Assembly (NCBI GenBank): GCA_012295275.1
Contig: CM022665.1
Coordinates: forward strand, 2,108,001 to 2,172,000
Source: Chrysomallon squamiferum
Lineage: Eukaryota > Animalia > Mollusca
DNA length: 64,000 nt
Reading direction: 5' to 3'
Shown here: positions 1 to 15,031 of the stretch, piece after piece
Position numbering within the stretch: the stretch's first letter is position 1
Layout: each line of letters begins with the position of its first letter
Notes under the pieces: model-generated
What the model saw: the letters and a program-made list of their open reading frames with translations, nothing else
Told to the model about the DNA's origin: nothing
The model's database searches: none
Program-made: the position numbers and the translations under genes

Positions 1-539
1 TTTTGAGCTGTTCATTCCTAATTAAAGTTAATACCAATTAATTTCATTATTTTCATCAATAATTATATGTATCGGAGTTAAAATCATTTTTAAAATGTGC
101 ATATTTTACTGATCTAGAAAATATTTTATTTCATTAATAATCTACACATATCGTTAATCAACCAAGCAACTGTCTAGTAAATTAACCAACAACAATCAAC
201 GGATCTTTACGTCCATTTACCAAACGTCACTAATCTATGGGAATCTATAAACCACGGATTATCTACCAACACAACAAGACTAACAACGAAATCCGCGTTC
301 TAATCACAGCTAACAGCAAAGACAACCAACCAGCCACCACTTCAGTCGTTCAGACCAGCCTCGGCATCACTTCCTAAATATATAAACACGCAATCACATT
401 TAAAATTATTTTCGAGGAATTTTGTAAAATTTACAGGAAGCCAGAACGTTTGTGAAGCATCTCGAACACACAAAACTAACGAGAGATGATTTTTCCAGTT
501 ACACGTGTTTATTTTTATAAATTTAAAAAAAAAGAACTT

Positions 540-1143
540 TTTTGTAAACATTTCGTTAAAAGACCACCGAGGAACCGCTCGCACCACCAAAGTGCTTCAA
601 TTACAGTAATGAAGACGAGGACCATCAATTTGAGAGGACGAGCCGTTCACTTTTAAAAACACTTTTCAGTTTTCACTGCCTTCAAAACCTCTCTTGCACC
701 GCCGTAAGCAAAAATGCGCGCGTCATTTTGGTATTGCACGACAATGGCGCGATCTAATGCACTCTTATTTTAAACCATTGATCCACTTAAATTGCCCAAA
801 TCATCTTATTTTCTGATAATTGTGTCAGCTGCCCGAGGATCATTCTCGATGTATCTAAATTTTTTCATCCGGACCAGTCAGTCATTTTTGAAATGATCGG
901 AGCAGGCAACTGCTCCCGTACTCAGAATTAATCACAGATATCTAAATTACAGTGTAGCCTGGAACGGGGCAAAGCGCGAGGCCCAGTTTTCCGTGTGGGG
1001 CGAGGCGACGTTGGCGCAGCGGGAACGTCGCCGTTGTGTTATTCACCGATCTGCGTCCTTACATTTCTGTCTGCTTCGTCTATTCAACCTATGATTTTCG
1101 GCTTTGGCTGAGCAACCATGTTACCGAGAAGCTATAGGTAAAA

Positions 1144-1175
<32 letters not shown>

Positions 1176-1850
1176 AGAAAAAAAAAAAAAAAAAATTCTT
1201 CTGCGCGTACACGTTACGTTGAACAAAGTGGCAGTGCTGTGTACGAGAGGCCGTCCCCGTTGATGATTCCGCACGCGGACTGCAGGAGTGAAAAGTCCCC
1301 AACCGTTGCTTTGAACAAATAGTGCGTCAATTTCTTCTTATGTTACCATTGTAGTTCACAATAATGGAAACAATTTACGTGGATCTCGGAAAATAATTCC
1401 CCAGTATCAAATTTCAGAGCTATTACCGTCCTTTTGTCGCCAAACCGCGGGAACGTTGACGCCAGCCTGTATCGGGCGTACAAGTTTGGTGAAGAAGTAT
1501 AAAGGCCCAGACACACACAACAAGTTACACAGTGAATGAAAAGATGGTTAGACATCTAAACATACAAACCAGGCGTAATCAGTCGCATGAAATGAATCAG
1601 CTGACAATAGACTTTACGGAAATAGGTAATTGGCGATAATTGCCCACCGCCGACTACACTGGAGAAAAAAAAAAAAGTGCATCTTTTGCTGTTTAACCGA
1701 TTGCGGAGAATGCGAATCTTCACACTGGAAAATCACATACATTTGCCTGATACTCACGCAAGGTGTCCTTTGTGTAAAATCTACATATTACTAATGAAAT
1801 GTGTCCGTCCCAATCTTTTCTAAGCGTCTATTCTGACCTTTTGAAATTGT
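540..1850. promoter_or_regulatory. CpG-rich complex island, candidate promoter/enhancer
   Basis: Many CpG/CGCG words against an AT-rich background; GC peak at about 960-1035 with a 9-bp hairpin; internal A-rich tract 1140-1195; no credible ORF. Function is inferred. Confidence 0.35.
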
Positions 1851-2992
1851 TAGCTGATGCGTAGATTTTACTACGTAGTGTGTGAAAGTAAATGGACTTC
1901 AAATTAAAAAAAACAAACAAAAAAATTATTTCTTTACTTCTCCGGGTATGTGTTTATCAGACAATAAAATGACTTGAATAAACGTTTTTTTTTTTTTTTT
2001 TTTGTCTGACATTAGCCTTTTAGTTTGAATGTTTCCTGAAAACAAAGCAAGAACCTAGAACAGCCATACAGTATTTTTTTTAAAGAATAATTTGGGAAAA
2101 ACCTTGTGTTGTTGTTATTGTTGTCATTTTTCTTCTCCTTTCTTCTACTTCTTCTTCTTGTGTCAAAAGTATTCAGTTTAGAATATTGTTTTGTGCATGA
2201 ATTGTTAAATCAACGAAAGAAACAATTGATACTGTTACCCTGATCCTCTTTCTTGTCATCATCATCATCAACAGCATCATCACTTTGACAACGTTTAACT
2301 GTTAACTTCTTCTGAATAAACATCTCCATTGGCCATGGGCTATTTTAAAGTGTTATTCGATATTGCGGTTTTTATTATCATTTTGCTAACAATACCCAAA
2401 GGTAGAGACAGATAAATCTGAAGTTGTATCTAAAACAAAAATCGCTGATACTGCTAGCAGTCTGAACCGTTAGTTCTCAAAACTTCTTGACAGGTGCATA
2501 CCCTTCCAGTTAAACATACACGAGCCGCAAAAACAAAACAACAAACTAACGGTTCAGTCCTGCTGAATGTGTTTCGATATCAAAGACTAGGTATATTATC
2601 TCCCGTTATTAATTATAACTGACATCTTCCAAGTATTCAGTATTTGCTGTAATTAATCACGTAGAATGAATAGTATCTTGTACATAGTTTGTAATTATTG
2701 ATACAATCTAAATACCATTTTGTTGTTGTAGCTACCGATGCAGTTGAAATAGTATTTATTAGTCACTTGTGAAAACTTATAATATGGACGAAATAATTGT
2801 AATTATTCGAAATAATGAGTAACATAGTCAGTGCGTTGAAAATTAACATCTCGTCTGATATTAGCAAATGTTCGGAATATTTCTTAGACTTCATTATCAT
2901 GTATTTTGTTCAAGTATGTAAAATAATATCTACAATATCATGAATTAACAAAATACGTCTGATATATCTATATATATTTTTTTTTTTTAAAC

Positions 2993-3031
<39 letters not shown>

Positions 3032-3299
3032 TCTGAAAAGACCAGATAATAAAAATAATAAGTATAAAAATGTAAAAATATTTCATTAAAAATGTGGAGG
3101 TTTCTTCTGACAGGACAATACAAAGTGTGACATATTAGTGAAGATACGAGTGACAGTTCTGTACGAGATGAAACAGATTTTGAAAAAATTGGCGAGTGAG
3201 AACAAATGAGAAAAGCTATTAAAACGGTCCTCACCAACAGGCTATTTCGTTTCGCTTTATGAACTGTGAAATTTGAGAGATTCATAATAGATAAAAGAA

Positions 3300-3960
3300 A
3301 ATTAGATTCGCTGTTTTGTTGAGCCGGTACGCGTGGAATTCTAACAGAATTTCTTATATTCGTCTACCTTGCGAAAGAAAACAAAGCGTTTCGGAACGCT
3401 CGATGAAATATTCGCGCGTGGAAATGCGCCGCGGAGATGCGCGAACGAAACAGCTACCAGTTTTGACGTAGAACGGATGAAACTGACAGCAACTCCGTTG
3501 CGATGCTGTCAACATTCACCACATCGCCTTTCAACATCGCCGTGTCCACTGACAGAAAAATAAATATATTTCATGCTGAATTTTTAGTGCCAGTGCTAAA
3601 TTAAAACGAACAATCTAAGCTGGTAGTGTCTTTTTTTTTTTCCTTTCCTGACTTTGACACGGTGTACATTACGCGATGTTTGCTGCCTGCGAAAAAGAAA
3701 AAAAAAAAAAAAAAGCTCGCGCCCTAAGTCCGCAGTACTCTGCACATTCCGCATTTTCTACTCACTGTCTGACATTTATCCCAACAAGTCAATTCACCTG
3801 ACCAGTGTTTTAAATATCGACTGGACATAAGACGCATTATGGCGGACAGATGAACTAACTGCTGTAAAGACAAACAGGGAGGGAAGTGGGACCCTGTCGC
3901 TGGCGTTTTCTAAACGAGGATTACTTTTTATGTAAATGTCGATCTCCAGTTTTTCTCAAA
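3300..3960. promoter_or_regulatory. CpG-retaining island with TGACA/TGTCA cluster, candidate enhancer
   Basis: TGACA/TGTCA at 3484, 3507, 3550, 3655 and 3770; flanked by AT-rich low-complexity DNA. Confidence 0.35.
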
Positions 3961-5927
3961 CTTCACGGTAGGTTGTCCTGTGTTTTTAACAGTATTATTA
4001 TTTTTATTTTTATTTTTTTTTTAATTTTTATTTTTTTTCAAAAAGAAAATCTTATTTCTGAAGTGAAGCAACAACAAAAATCTGTTGACCAAAATTTGTC
4101 CTTTGCGTATCGATTTTATGTCTATTTTTAATTCAGTTTTGGTTTATTTATTACTATTTTAATATTTGTTAATCTAGAGATTGCTGTATATACCATATCA
4201 CATAAAACAAAGCAGTAATTAACAAAAGAAATAAAGAAGAAGAAGAAAAAAAGAATGAGAGAGAATGAAAGAAAAAGTAAGAAGAAGATAAAAATAGTTT
4301 TTAATTTTTAAATTTTAAAAATGTTTTAGATTGTTATTGCTAGTTTAACAATATTTTAAAATTTCAAATTTATTTCATTTTAAATTAATTTTGTTTAAAA
4401 GAACCAGCTCGTGTTCATTTAATATTAATTAGAATTTTCAGTAATTTTATTTTTTTATTTTTTATTTTTTTTAGTTCATTGTTCTTTTTTTGTTTAGAGT
4501 ATTTAGCCCAGGAAATAAATTATCAACATTTCGAGTAAATCAGAAAACGTTTCTTCTCAGTTTTTAATTACGATTAAATTATAAATTTATTAGTTAATCT
4601 GCATTTCAATATGGTCCTTTTAAAACTATTACATTGTCTCATCATCAAGTTATTGGTATTTACAAGACGTTATGTAGTTTGTTTTTACCAAGTCCCACCT
4701 ATCCCGTTATAAAACAGCATTACAAAAAATATTACTTAAATTAAAAATGAATTCAAATAAAATAATAGTTTTACCACATTTACTAAATTAAATAATGCAA
4801 AATAATTTTGTTCATAGCTTGATTTATATTTGACTGAAAGGGATTTTGAAAATCCCTCGTCCCCAAATAACTTGTAGTTTTGTTTGTTCATTTATTAATT
4901 TAAGTAGTTTTCATTTAAAAATCATGTTTTTGTTAACATATGGTGATTTATTATTAACGAACTTTTTAAGTGTTTATGAAAGAAAAACAGGGATGATTAA
5001 ATAATAATAATAATAATAACAAAAATAAATAAATAGATTAAAAATAAAATTACAACTTTAGGACACCCAGGTGGGTAATTCTATTATTTATTTATCTATT
5101 AATGTTTCGTTGCATTTATGTTTTTAAACAATAATAAAATTCCTTCATTACTGAAAACTTCTAAAATATTCATTTTTAACAGAAAAAACGAAAAAATATA
5201 AACAAACATATAAAATAAAATAAAACAGCAATACCAAATAAAATTAAAAGGAAAAAAATATATACAAATAAAAACAATAAAAAACAGAAACAATATATAT
5301 ATTTTTTTAAATCACAAATAATAATAATAATAATAATAACAACAACACCAACAATAAAACAAAACAAAAACGAACACAACGAACAGAAAACAGAACAAAA
5401 TATTTAAAATACTCAACGACATAAAAACCATTCTTAATGAAATGTAACTTTATATATTATTTTAATAAATTGTATATTAATATTTATTAAGTATACGTTG
5501 TTCTCAAAATAATTGCTTTTACTATCATTGTTTGTTTTTAAATCTTTTTTATTTATTATCTTTTTTCACTCGCCTAGTGGTAAAATGACAATTTAAAGTA
5601 AATTTCACGGAACATAAAGTTTAATCAGGTAGCAATTTATCTAAATGAGAAATAAAGCAAAGTTACCTATCATTGTTATCTATCCCAAAAAACAAACAAT
5701 CCTGATTATCAAATTTTGACATAATTAGCATATTTATTGCTAACACGGATAAATATTTTATGACGCGATTTATTAAATTAATTTTTATTTCGAATTGCCA
5801 GTGATACATAAATCATTTCCATACTTAAAATTCTTTTATTCTAAACAATAAAATTATAATGGAAAATAGTATTTTTTAATGTAAAATTACACCTTTTAAT
5901 ATATTTACATATATGAACAACAACAAA

Positions 5928-5944
5928 CACACACACACACACAC

Positions 5945-5976
<32 letters not shown>

Positions 5977-6285
5977 TAAGACAATAATATTCACACACAG
6001 ATACAAATAAATATGTAGATATCAGTAAATATTCAAAATAAAAAGAAACTTACATAATTTACATGACATGTACGCAAACACTTGCACGCACGCACGCACG
6101 CACACACACATACATACATAATACACACACACACACACACACACACTTACACATACATAGGTATGGACATAAATTCTGAAGTGTTGCTTAATACTGAAGA
6201 ATAATTTAAATTTAATACTTAATATGGGTGTTTGTGTCTATTCTGTGACACACATAACTACACGCACACGCACACACACACACAA
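5928..6285. repeat. (CA)n / (CACG)n / (CATA)n microsatellite cluster
   Basis: Several interrupted CA-type tracts seen directly. Confidence 0.85.
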
Positions 6286-6906
6286 AAGATCGCTAGAACA
6301 TACTTCTATTAAGACTAAATATTAAATATTTTGGATGCTTCTAGTCAGTTATAATATAAATTTAACTTATAAACGAGTTTTATCATCGACTTTTATATAA
6401 TTAATACGTTAATGCATATATTAATTTACGATATACTGTTATAATATATCTTTGTATTTAACAAATATACTGTTCTGAGGAATCATTGTATTAACTGTCA
6501 GGTAACATAAATTAATAGCGTGTTAACATAATCCATACTTCGTAAATAATTTCGAAGACTTCGTAAAAAAAACATAAAATATATATATAAGTTTTAATCA
6601 TATATATTTATTTAAACGTTTAGTTTGTTTGTGCTGTTTTCTGTTCATTTATTTATTTCTTATTTATTTTTAAACTGTTTTTGTTTACTTGTTATGTTTA
6701 TTTGTTTATTTATATTTACTTTGTTATTTATTTATTTATTAACTGTGTGTTTATTTAGTTAGTTAGTTTTTATTTTATTTATATATTTGTTCAATATAAA
6801 ACTTGTATGTATGTGTTTATTTATGTATATGAAAAAACTTGCACTAACAAAGCAATTAATGAATTATAAATTATGTTAAAATGATTTCTTGTAACTGGAC
6901 ACAAGT

Positions 6907-7052
<146 letters not shown>

Positions 7053-7591
7053 CGTATTTAGATATTTATTTTGCCATATATAAATAAATTTCCAAACTAT
7101 AAACATATATGTATTTCATTGAAACAGAACTACTATTGTTTACGCTAACAAATGCCCGCAGAAAAAAAGAAAAAAAAAGATAAACATACCAAATACATGG
7201 AAACAAACCCGTTAATGTTCGAATTGGAAGGAAATTTACATAATTTAGATGACATGGTTGCTTTTCTTTTTGGATGTATATTTCAAGTAGGATAATTATA
7301 ATGACAGATACATTAATCTTTCACTCGGTATCGTGTTTATATCGTGTAACCAGCACTTCGGCGCAGTTTCCAGGCACAATGTTCCTCCAGGCTGTGTTTA
7401 TTATTAAGTGAGTCGCCTTTGTTTTCGTATCGGTTTGGGCGGAGTCTCATAACAGTGGCTTTGTTTTGTCACGATGGCCCCGGGCGCTAGCGCTGTTTCA
7501 GCATGCTGAGTTTGATAAAACGAGCCGCTTCATACTTGAAATTTACTCTTCAACCACTGTTTATCATTGCTAACAACAATAACATTCAAAA

Positions 7592-7622
<31 letters not shown>

Positions 7623-9191
7623 ATGAGAACAAATTAAAAAATGGACGAAAAAATATAATTGGATGACTGAATAAAAGTGAAAGAACGGTATTTTACATAA
7701 TATAGATAGATGCATAGTAATCTACTGTCTATACTTTATTTTTTTTATTTTTTTTTTTACTAAATAATACACTTTATTTTTATTGCTGTTATTACTTTTT
7801 AAATTAAGCACAGGGTAATTTATGATTATAATAAGTGATTGATGTTAAAGGAAAACAGCAACAATAATAATAGTAATAATAATCACAATAATGATAATTT
7901 TAAATATAAATATCAATATATTATCGAAAATATTACAGTATTGAAAAATTCCAGTTGCAGAAATAAAATAAAACAAAATAAACGAACAAACAATCAAATA
8001 AATAAATAACATAACAGAACATAACATAACGTAACATAACATAATAAATAATGAATAAATTAATAAATGAATTAATATAATATTAAAAAATATATATTTT
8101 TAAATTTTATATCAAATTATTGTTCTCTTTGTTTTCTTTTTTTTAAAATATATTTTCAGATTTATTTAAAATGAATATATACGATAAATATTTGTTTATC
8201 AAATCGTGCCTGTTACGTTTTACTAAAACTACACTGAGAACTGTTTTTAAATATTCACGTATTTTCGCTCCGGATAAAAAATATATTGTGTCAAATTAAA
8301 GAATGAAATTAATAGTAAGCACCCACAAATCAGATTTTTCATGGTTAAGTAATGAAGTATAAATAATGATGTGTTCTTGGAACAGGCAAAAGTGTTTGTC
8401 ACTCTAATTTCTAAGCCAGTTGAAATGATAGACAGTGATGTTTTAAACTGTGTTCAAACAGGCGTTAGTTTTAACAGATGTGTTTTTATATCATGTTAGT
8501 TAAGAGTGTCTAATACATAAACAGATCAGTAAATCAGTAAAAATGAAAATAAAAGTGCAAAACATTTTTATTTTTTTATTTTCTTTAACAGGTAAACTTT
8601 TTTGCTTCTAAATTACCGAAAAATGAATAAATAGATTAGAAAGACATTTTCTCCCAAGTGTGAAATAATCGTAAGAAATTCTCTTTTTAAAATATATTTT
8701 ATTATTGTTATTTATTGTATATTTTTTCTTGACTTTTTCTTCCAAAAGGAACTGTACATTAAAATATTTAATTGTTTGTATATATATATATATATACACA
8801 CACACACATATATACGTACAACCTGTTGACAAATGTGACATTTATTTTCTCTAAAACACCCATTCTTATACATCCACCCATTTATACACATGTAAGAAAT
8901 GTTTTTTTTTTTTTTTTTAAATATAAATTACCCTAATTTATAATTCTAATACAATAGGATCTCAATTCTTATATAAAAACGGGAAAAATAATCGGTTTTG
9001 ATAGTATAACAAATTATTATTGTAATGTATTATCCATAAACAACAAATGAAACAGAAGACGCTGGTTATAAACGGTGAATAAAATTGACAAAATTGTCAA
9101 TAAACCGAAAAACGAGAATCATCGTAAAAAAAAAAAATTGGTTAAATATATATAAATGAAAGAAAAATCATTTAGAATTTCTTTTTTTTTT

Positions 9192-9224
<33 letters not shown>

Positions 9225-9284
9225 TAATTATAAATAAATGAAAATCTTTTAAAATTAAAAATAAATAAATAATAAACAAAGAGC

Positions 9285-9318
<34 letters not shown>

Positions 9319-9383
9319 AAAAATAACCACGTACATTTGGATATTATTCAAAGTATTGATATTTGCAGGTTATAACACGTCTC

Positions 9384-9420
<37 letters not shown>

Positions 9421-9997
9421 CTTTTCTGTTCGTCTTTCATTCATAAGTTCCGTCGTTCGTGGTCTTGTTTATTTTCGTAATATGTTCTGCACGGTCGGTT
9501 TCGCATTCACAAAACCACGTACTTGCGGCAGACACCAACATTATGCTTCATTTATGAATATTTGAAAGAAACAGAAATCCTGTTGTGTATACTGCCTCAT
9601 TCAGCCACCGACCTCTGGCAGGCAGGTTGTTGTCGAAGCTTTGTCAGGACAGCTAGGATGAAACGAAACATATTTTCTCAAATAATATTCAGATAAAAAG
9701 TCCGCAGTACGGCGATTATAACACTGGCGGTGGTAGCCAAATAAATGAAATTTAAAATTTTATTATAAAGAATATCGTTAGCCAAAAGATTCACGTTTCA
9801 TCAGAATCGCCACAATCATCATCATCACCAACAACAACAACATCATCATTGTCATTGTTGTAGTTGTAGGAATTTGTAGAGTTATCATCGTTTTATCAAC
9901 ATCATCGTAACGTTGGTTGTCATAGTTAATTTTATCATCAGCGTCATCGTGGTTGTTATGCAAAGATAGTTCTTTCTCTTCTGTTTTTTCCTCATCG

Positions 9998-10028
<31 letters not shown>

Positions 10029-10928
10029 CAACGGTCCAGTTCTACATCTTGTCCCAGTTTTAAAAAAAATTAATGACAGTGTCACGTTTTTTTTCCAGTA
10101 AAGCGAACTGGAATCAGTTTCCAAATTTACATTATCTAAAGAATTTTTTCTTCTTCTTCTTCTTCTTGAAAAAAAAAAAGGAAAAAAAACAAAGAAAAAC
10201 AGAAAGAAAGAAAAAGAAAAGAAAAGAAAGAAAAGAAAAGAAAGAAAAAAAAGGAAAAAAGAAAGAAAGAAAGAAAGAAAAAGAAATTAACTTAAAAAAA
10301 AGTTGATTAATTTATGTATGAAAAACCTAGGTTTACATATTTATTTTCTCTCCTATGCAAATACATACTTATTATTCTTGTCTCAGTGAAACCAAAGACG
10401 ATGAAATTCCCAAGAGAACATAATACATAATTGAATTCCTCCAATAAAAAAACTTTTATATCTGCTGTCTGCCGCAGACAAAATCAAAATTCATGCCACG
10501 AATAATGTTTGAAATAGCACCTGTCTGAAGTGAACTGGCAAAAACAGTTTCTAAATGTTGATGATAGCAGCCGTGAAATACTTTAACTGCAAGAGTTAGT
10601 ACCACTGATATTATCAAGAAACCCCAAACAGCTTTAGCAACTACAATAACTATAATGATGATAGTGATAATTGTGATGATGATGATAAGAATTTGAATGT
10701 AATTAATTTTAATGTGATAATTAAATATTAGACATCTTCTATCAGGTTTTGTTTTTGAATATGTTTTTGTTTTTCCGGATCCAATCAACCGAATCAGAAA
10801 TATTTGCATTTGCTTTAAAAAGACACGTATATAAATCAATGATATGTGACGTCTGCCCTTTTGCTTGAGCCTTTTACTCTTCAACAATTGTCATATCTAT
10901 TTGTATTTATGCGTGTATGTGTGTGTAC

Positions 10929-10931
<3 letters not shown>

Positions 10932-11005
<74 letters not shown>
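10932..11005. repeat. (AG)n microsatellite, ~37 units
   Basis: Perfect dinucleotide tract. Confidence 0.98.
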
Positions 11006-11007
<2 letters not shown>

Positions 11008-11089
11008 TTGTTGTAAGAGTGATTTCACAGAGGGAAGGAGTTATTTCAGATGTAAACTCAGTTGTAGTGTTAATGGGTGATAGCTCATT

Positions 11090-11300
11090 AACCTGTATAA
11101 AGCCTGACAGGAATGGTTTAATGTGTCTACCGCGGCATTGTCATTTGTCCAACAAGCCTTTCAGACGAATTCTCTTATTTGGCCAGGCATGTGACACAGA
11201 CGTGTTGAAAAAGACCTTAAAACGGCAGCTCCACTGAATTGTTTGACAATTTAATATGGTTTCCTTTGATGTGCAACAGACATGATTAAGCTAATTGTTT
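11090..11300. promoter_or_regulatory. Candidate enhancer: four TGACA/TGTCA sites plus a TCF/LEF site
   Basis: TGACAG 11105, TGTCA 11139, TGACA 11192, TGACA 11244; CCTTTGATG 11263-11271. Confidence 0.35.
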
Positions 11301-14300
11301 ATTACAAAGCCCTACCTGTTTTTAAAATAGACACACTGATGATGTTTGTACATGCAGATTACCCACATCAAGAAACAAACGAAGTCTTTTCATCAAACGG
11401 TTACTAGAGATACAGCTTTTGTTGCTAACTAATAATAAACTGCATTCAGTGGTGCATTTGTTTTCTTAATTGTAGGCAGGATTTTTAAAACTGTTTGTTT
11501 GTTTGTTTGTTTATTTTAATCCTTTTTGTATAATAATAATAAGTCAGTCCAGGAATATGATTTTACCCATTCAAAGACTGTTCACAGAATACTAATCTGT
11601 TTCAGTAATAGGAAAGTTCTAAGATGTTATTCTGATGACATATTCTCTGGACTGACGGTGGTTTAAGGATGTCTAAATGGCGAACTGTCGTCTTCAAGAA
11701 CTACATTTTGCTACCAGTGCGAACTGAAGTCTGAAGTTAGGACGCGTAAAGTCACTACCTCGTCTTTCTTCACTAATTCATTTATGATTAAATAAATCTA
11801 ACACTGCATCATAAACCTTCCCAGCTCATTCCGAATCCATTTTCTCATTCGCCGATCCACCGTCATCAAATGTAATTGTTTTAGGAACAGACAATTAAAT
11901 AACAGTATTCGCTATTTTGCACCCAAATTTCCTCCAATTGTCCCGGTAATAACGAGGTCGACTGAATCAGAGAGGTCTGTCAAATTTTCAACATCGTGGC
12001 CGTCTACTGACAGTTCGCATCCAATTATGTCTGTACCTACTTCGAAATAATTATCATGAATATTGGAAAGAGATTTTTCATTTAGTTTTTAAACAGCGTT
12101 CAGTAATCATCCTTCGGCCGGATCGAGGCAAAATAAAACTTTTTTTTGTTTTTGCAAAAAAAAAAAGGTTAAGAAAGCATGAAGGAGGAAACTGTTAAAT
12201 TTATAAACTAGACAACAACACAAAACACTACTGACACAATTAACGAATGGTTGGAAATAGAGATAACTAGCAGAAACATACGCATATCGGATGATTTAGC
12301 AAACGCAGTATTTTCCTCTACATTATTACCAGTACCAAACAATAGTAGGTATAGTAGTAGTAATATATATAAAATTAGTGTTTGTTGAAAAAGGAACACA
12401 TCTCGAACAAATGTTTTCAAATTTCTTTTTGCTATAAATATTAATGTTTAGTTAACGTATTAGAGTTAATACCCTTAGAACTACCAGCATTTACCGCAAC
12501 ACGAAAAGTAATTATCCTATTTATTTATTCACGTAATTTCTTTTCACTTACCGTTACATAATATATTACGCTTGCCCATTAAATTTAAAGCAGTGACACC
12601 TCTGTTTATAAACTTTAATGACCCAAACAGTGAAAAAAAAAAAAAAGAAATTATATACAAAATATCTGCACAATTCATTTTGCTGTTAGACCACCGGGCG
12701 CCCGAATTTGTTTTTTAAGACTGTAATACAGTTTTGACAGCGCAAAACCCATCTCTTTTGCGTTGAGTTTAACCCCACTGACGCACTAATTATCTTCGCA
12801 TTGGTTGCATGTGTCTCTGATTATTCATCGTGTTCTTGTTGGTTAAATGCATGCCGTCCGTGCAGACGCATTTCACATATAATTCAAAGTGACACGTATT
12901 TCTGACATACTTCTTCACAGAGTTGGGGGAGCAATTCGACGCAAGTAGGGGCCTTAATTTGGCCTGTCTCCAGAAAATATGCAACCAATCCATCAAAGAG
13001 CTCTTTCATTTGCGGAAAAAAAAAAAAAAAAAAAAAATATATACCGTTTCCTGGGTGTTGGGTTTCGGGAGTTTGGAAGTACACTTATAATGGATTTTTC
13101 GCTCTAGCAGTATCTTATAGTTCAAGGGACATTTAATAAAAAAAAAAAAAAAACCCAAAGAAGTTGTTACTACATTATTGTACATACATACATTCATACA
13201 TACATTCATACACATACGTCCGTACATACATACATACATACATATTCACGTACATATACATATATTGTACATCTATCCATTCCTACATCAATCTATATAT
13301 ATATTTATATATCCATTCATACATTCAATACATACATGATTCCTGTGCCCGTACGTACAGGCATTTAAAAACAAATAAAAAATAAAAAAATAAAAATAAA
13401 AATAAAAATAAAAATAAACCTAACTCTTTATTTAAAGTTTAATCAGTAACCTTCTGGCATATAAATAAAAACTCATCCTCTTTATATCCAGCCAACCAAT
13501 TTAATGTATCAACATTAAATTTAAGACTTAAAAAAAAACATGAAAACGAATTTTAAAAAAATGGATAAAAAATTTTTTTTAATAATAATAATAATAATAA
13601 TAAAACGGATAAAAAATAATAAAAAATAATAATAAAAAAAATTAAATAAATTAGACGCAGCATCCTAAATTTCATTTTTCTTTTTGAACGGAGTGTTTAA
13701 AACTGGAGTTGATATCAAACTAAAACGTTTATGTGTTTAGGCAGTGTCGCTGCAGAGGCGTATTAATATTATCTTATCGACACATCTCTGCCGATATCCT
13801 TCCGCTGGTCGTAATGCGGCTGTCGTCTGATTCGAAACAGTTGCTCCACGTAAAAGTTGAGAACTGCAGTACAGGACGTATCACGTCTGAGAATAGAACG
13901 GCATTTTGTCAAGATTAAAGCTAATTTACGAGGCTAGACAAACATTTTTGTAGATTTTGATAGTGTTTAAACTGCCAGAAGAAACTGCATTTGGGTGCTT
14001 AGCCTTATCACATCGCAAGACGGGTAGTGTCTCTCTCCGCACGAGTTTGTTAGAGATATCACAAAGATTGCGCTGCCTACCTTTTTGCTTGATTTACGAG
14101 CTGAAATCAAGCCAATTTATCAAGAACTTCCCCCATCTTAACTGTTTTTGGCGACAACTAACATAATTCAACCTAGGGGCCTAATGTTAACTGCTCATAC
14201 TCAACTTCTAGTTAGTTTATTGAACATAATTTTTTTTTTTCCCTAATAAACCCGCTGGCTTTCCAAATGTGTGAGGCGCCCAGTCTGTTATGACATATTT

Positions 14301-14954
14301 TTCAAAGATGAAAGTTTTGACTTATTTACTGCCCACACGGATAACAAGAATGATAGTTACGTCATTCCCAGCATAGATGTGAAATTTCTCCCAGTTTATG
14401 GGCAGGAAGCTTGTAGACTTACGTACCAGTTTGAACCTAGCCAATTAAATCCATCGGGTACTTTTGAGTATATCCGGCTGTTATTGTGGAAATTAAAAAC
14501 AATCATAATCTATGATGATTTTTCAAACAGTCTTTTAATTCATTTCATAAGCATTGAAATTGGATTTATGAAAAAATAAAGAGAATTTAAACGAAAAAGT
14601 AATAAGAATGTAAACGAAAAACGCCTTTGCTGAAAAGAACGATTTTAATAGAAAAAGTTTTATCAGTCATTACTCGAGGTATTTACAAAGATGTAACTGA
14701 TAATTAACTGCAGTATATTAATTTCCATTCTTGTCAAAAACAACAACAAAATAAACAAACAAACAAACAAACAAACAAACAAAAACAAATAAATAAATAA
14801 AATAAAAAATAAATAAATAAATAAATAAATATACACAGCTGCAAAACATTTGCAAATTTGCTTTAAATATTTAATTGTGTTTATATACAGATTTAGGATC
14901 AAAAACTATATACTCAGAAACCTGAATAATTACTTACTGATTTACACAACGCTA

Positions 14955-14955
<1 letters not shown>

Positions 14956-15024
<69 letters not shown>
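14956..15024. repeat. (AAT)n microsatellite
   Basis: Perfect trinucleotide tract. Confidence 0.97.

Positions 15025-15031
<7 letters not shown>

Noticed and set aside
14271-14579. 102-aa non-repetitive ORF
   Set aside because: GTG start, no recognised homology or clear splice sites; a few ORFs of this length are expected by chance in 64 kb.
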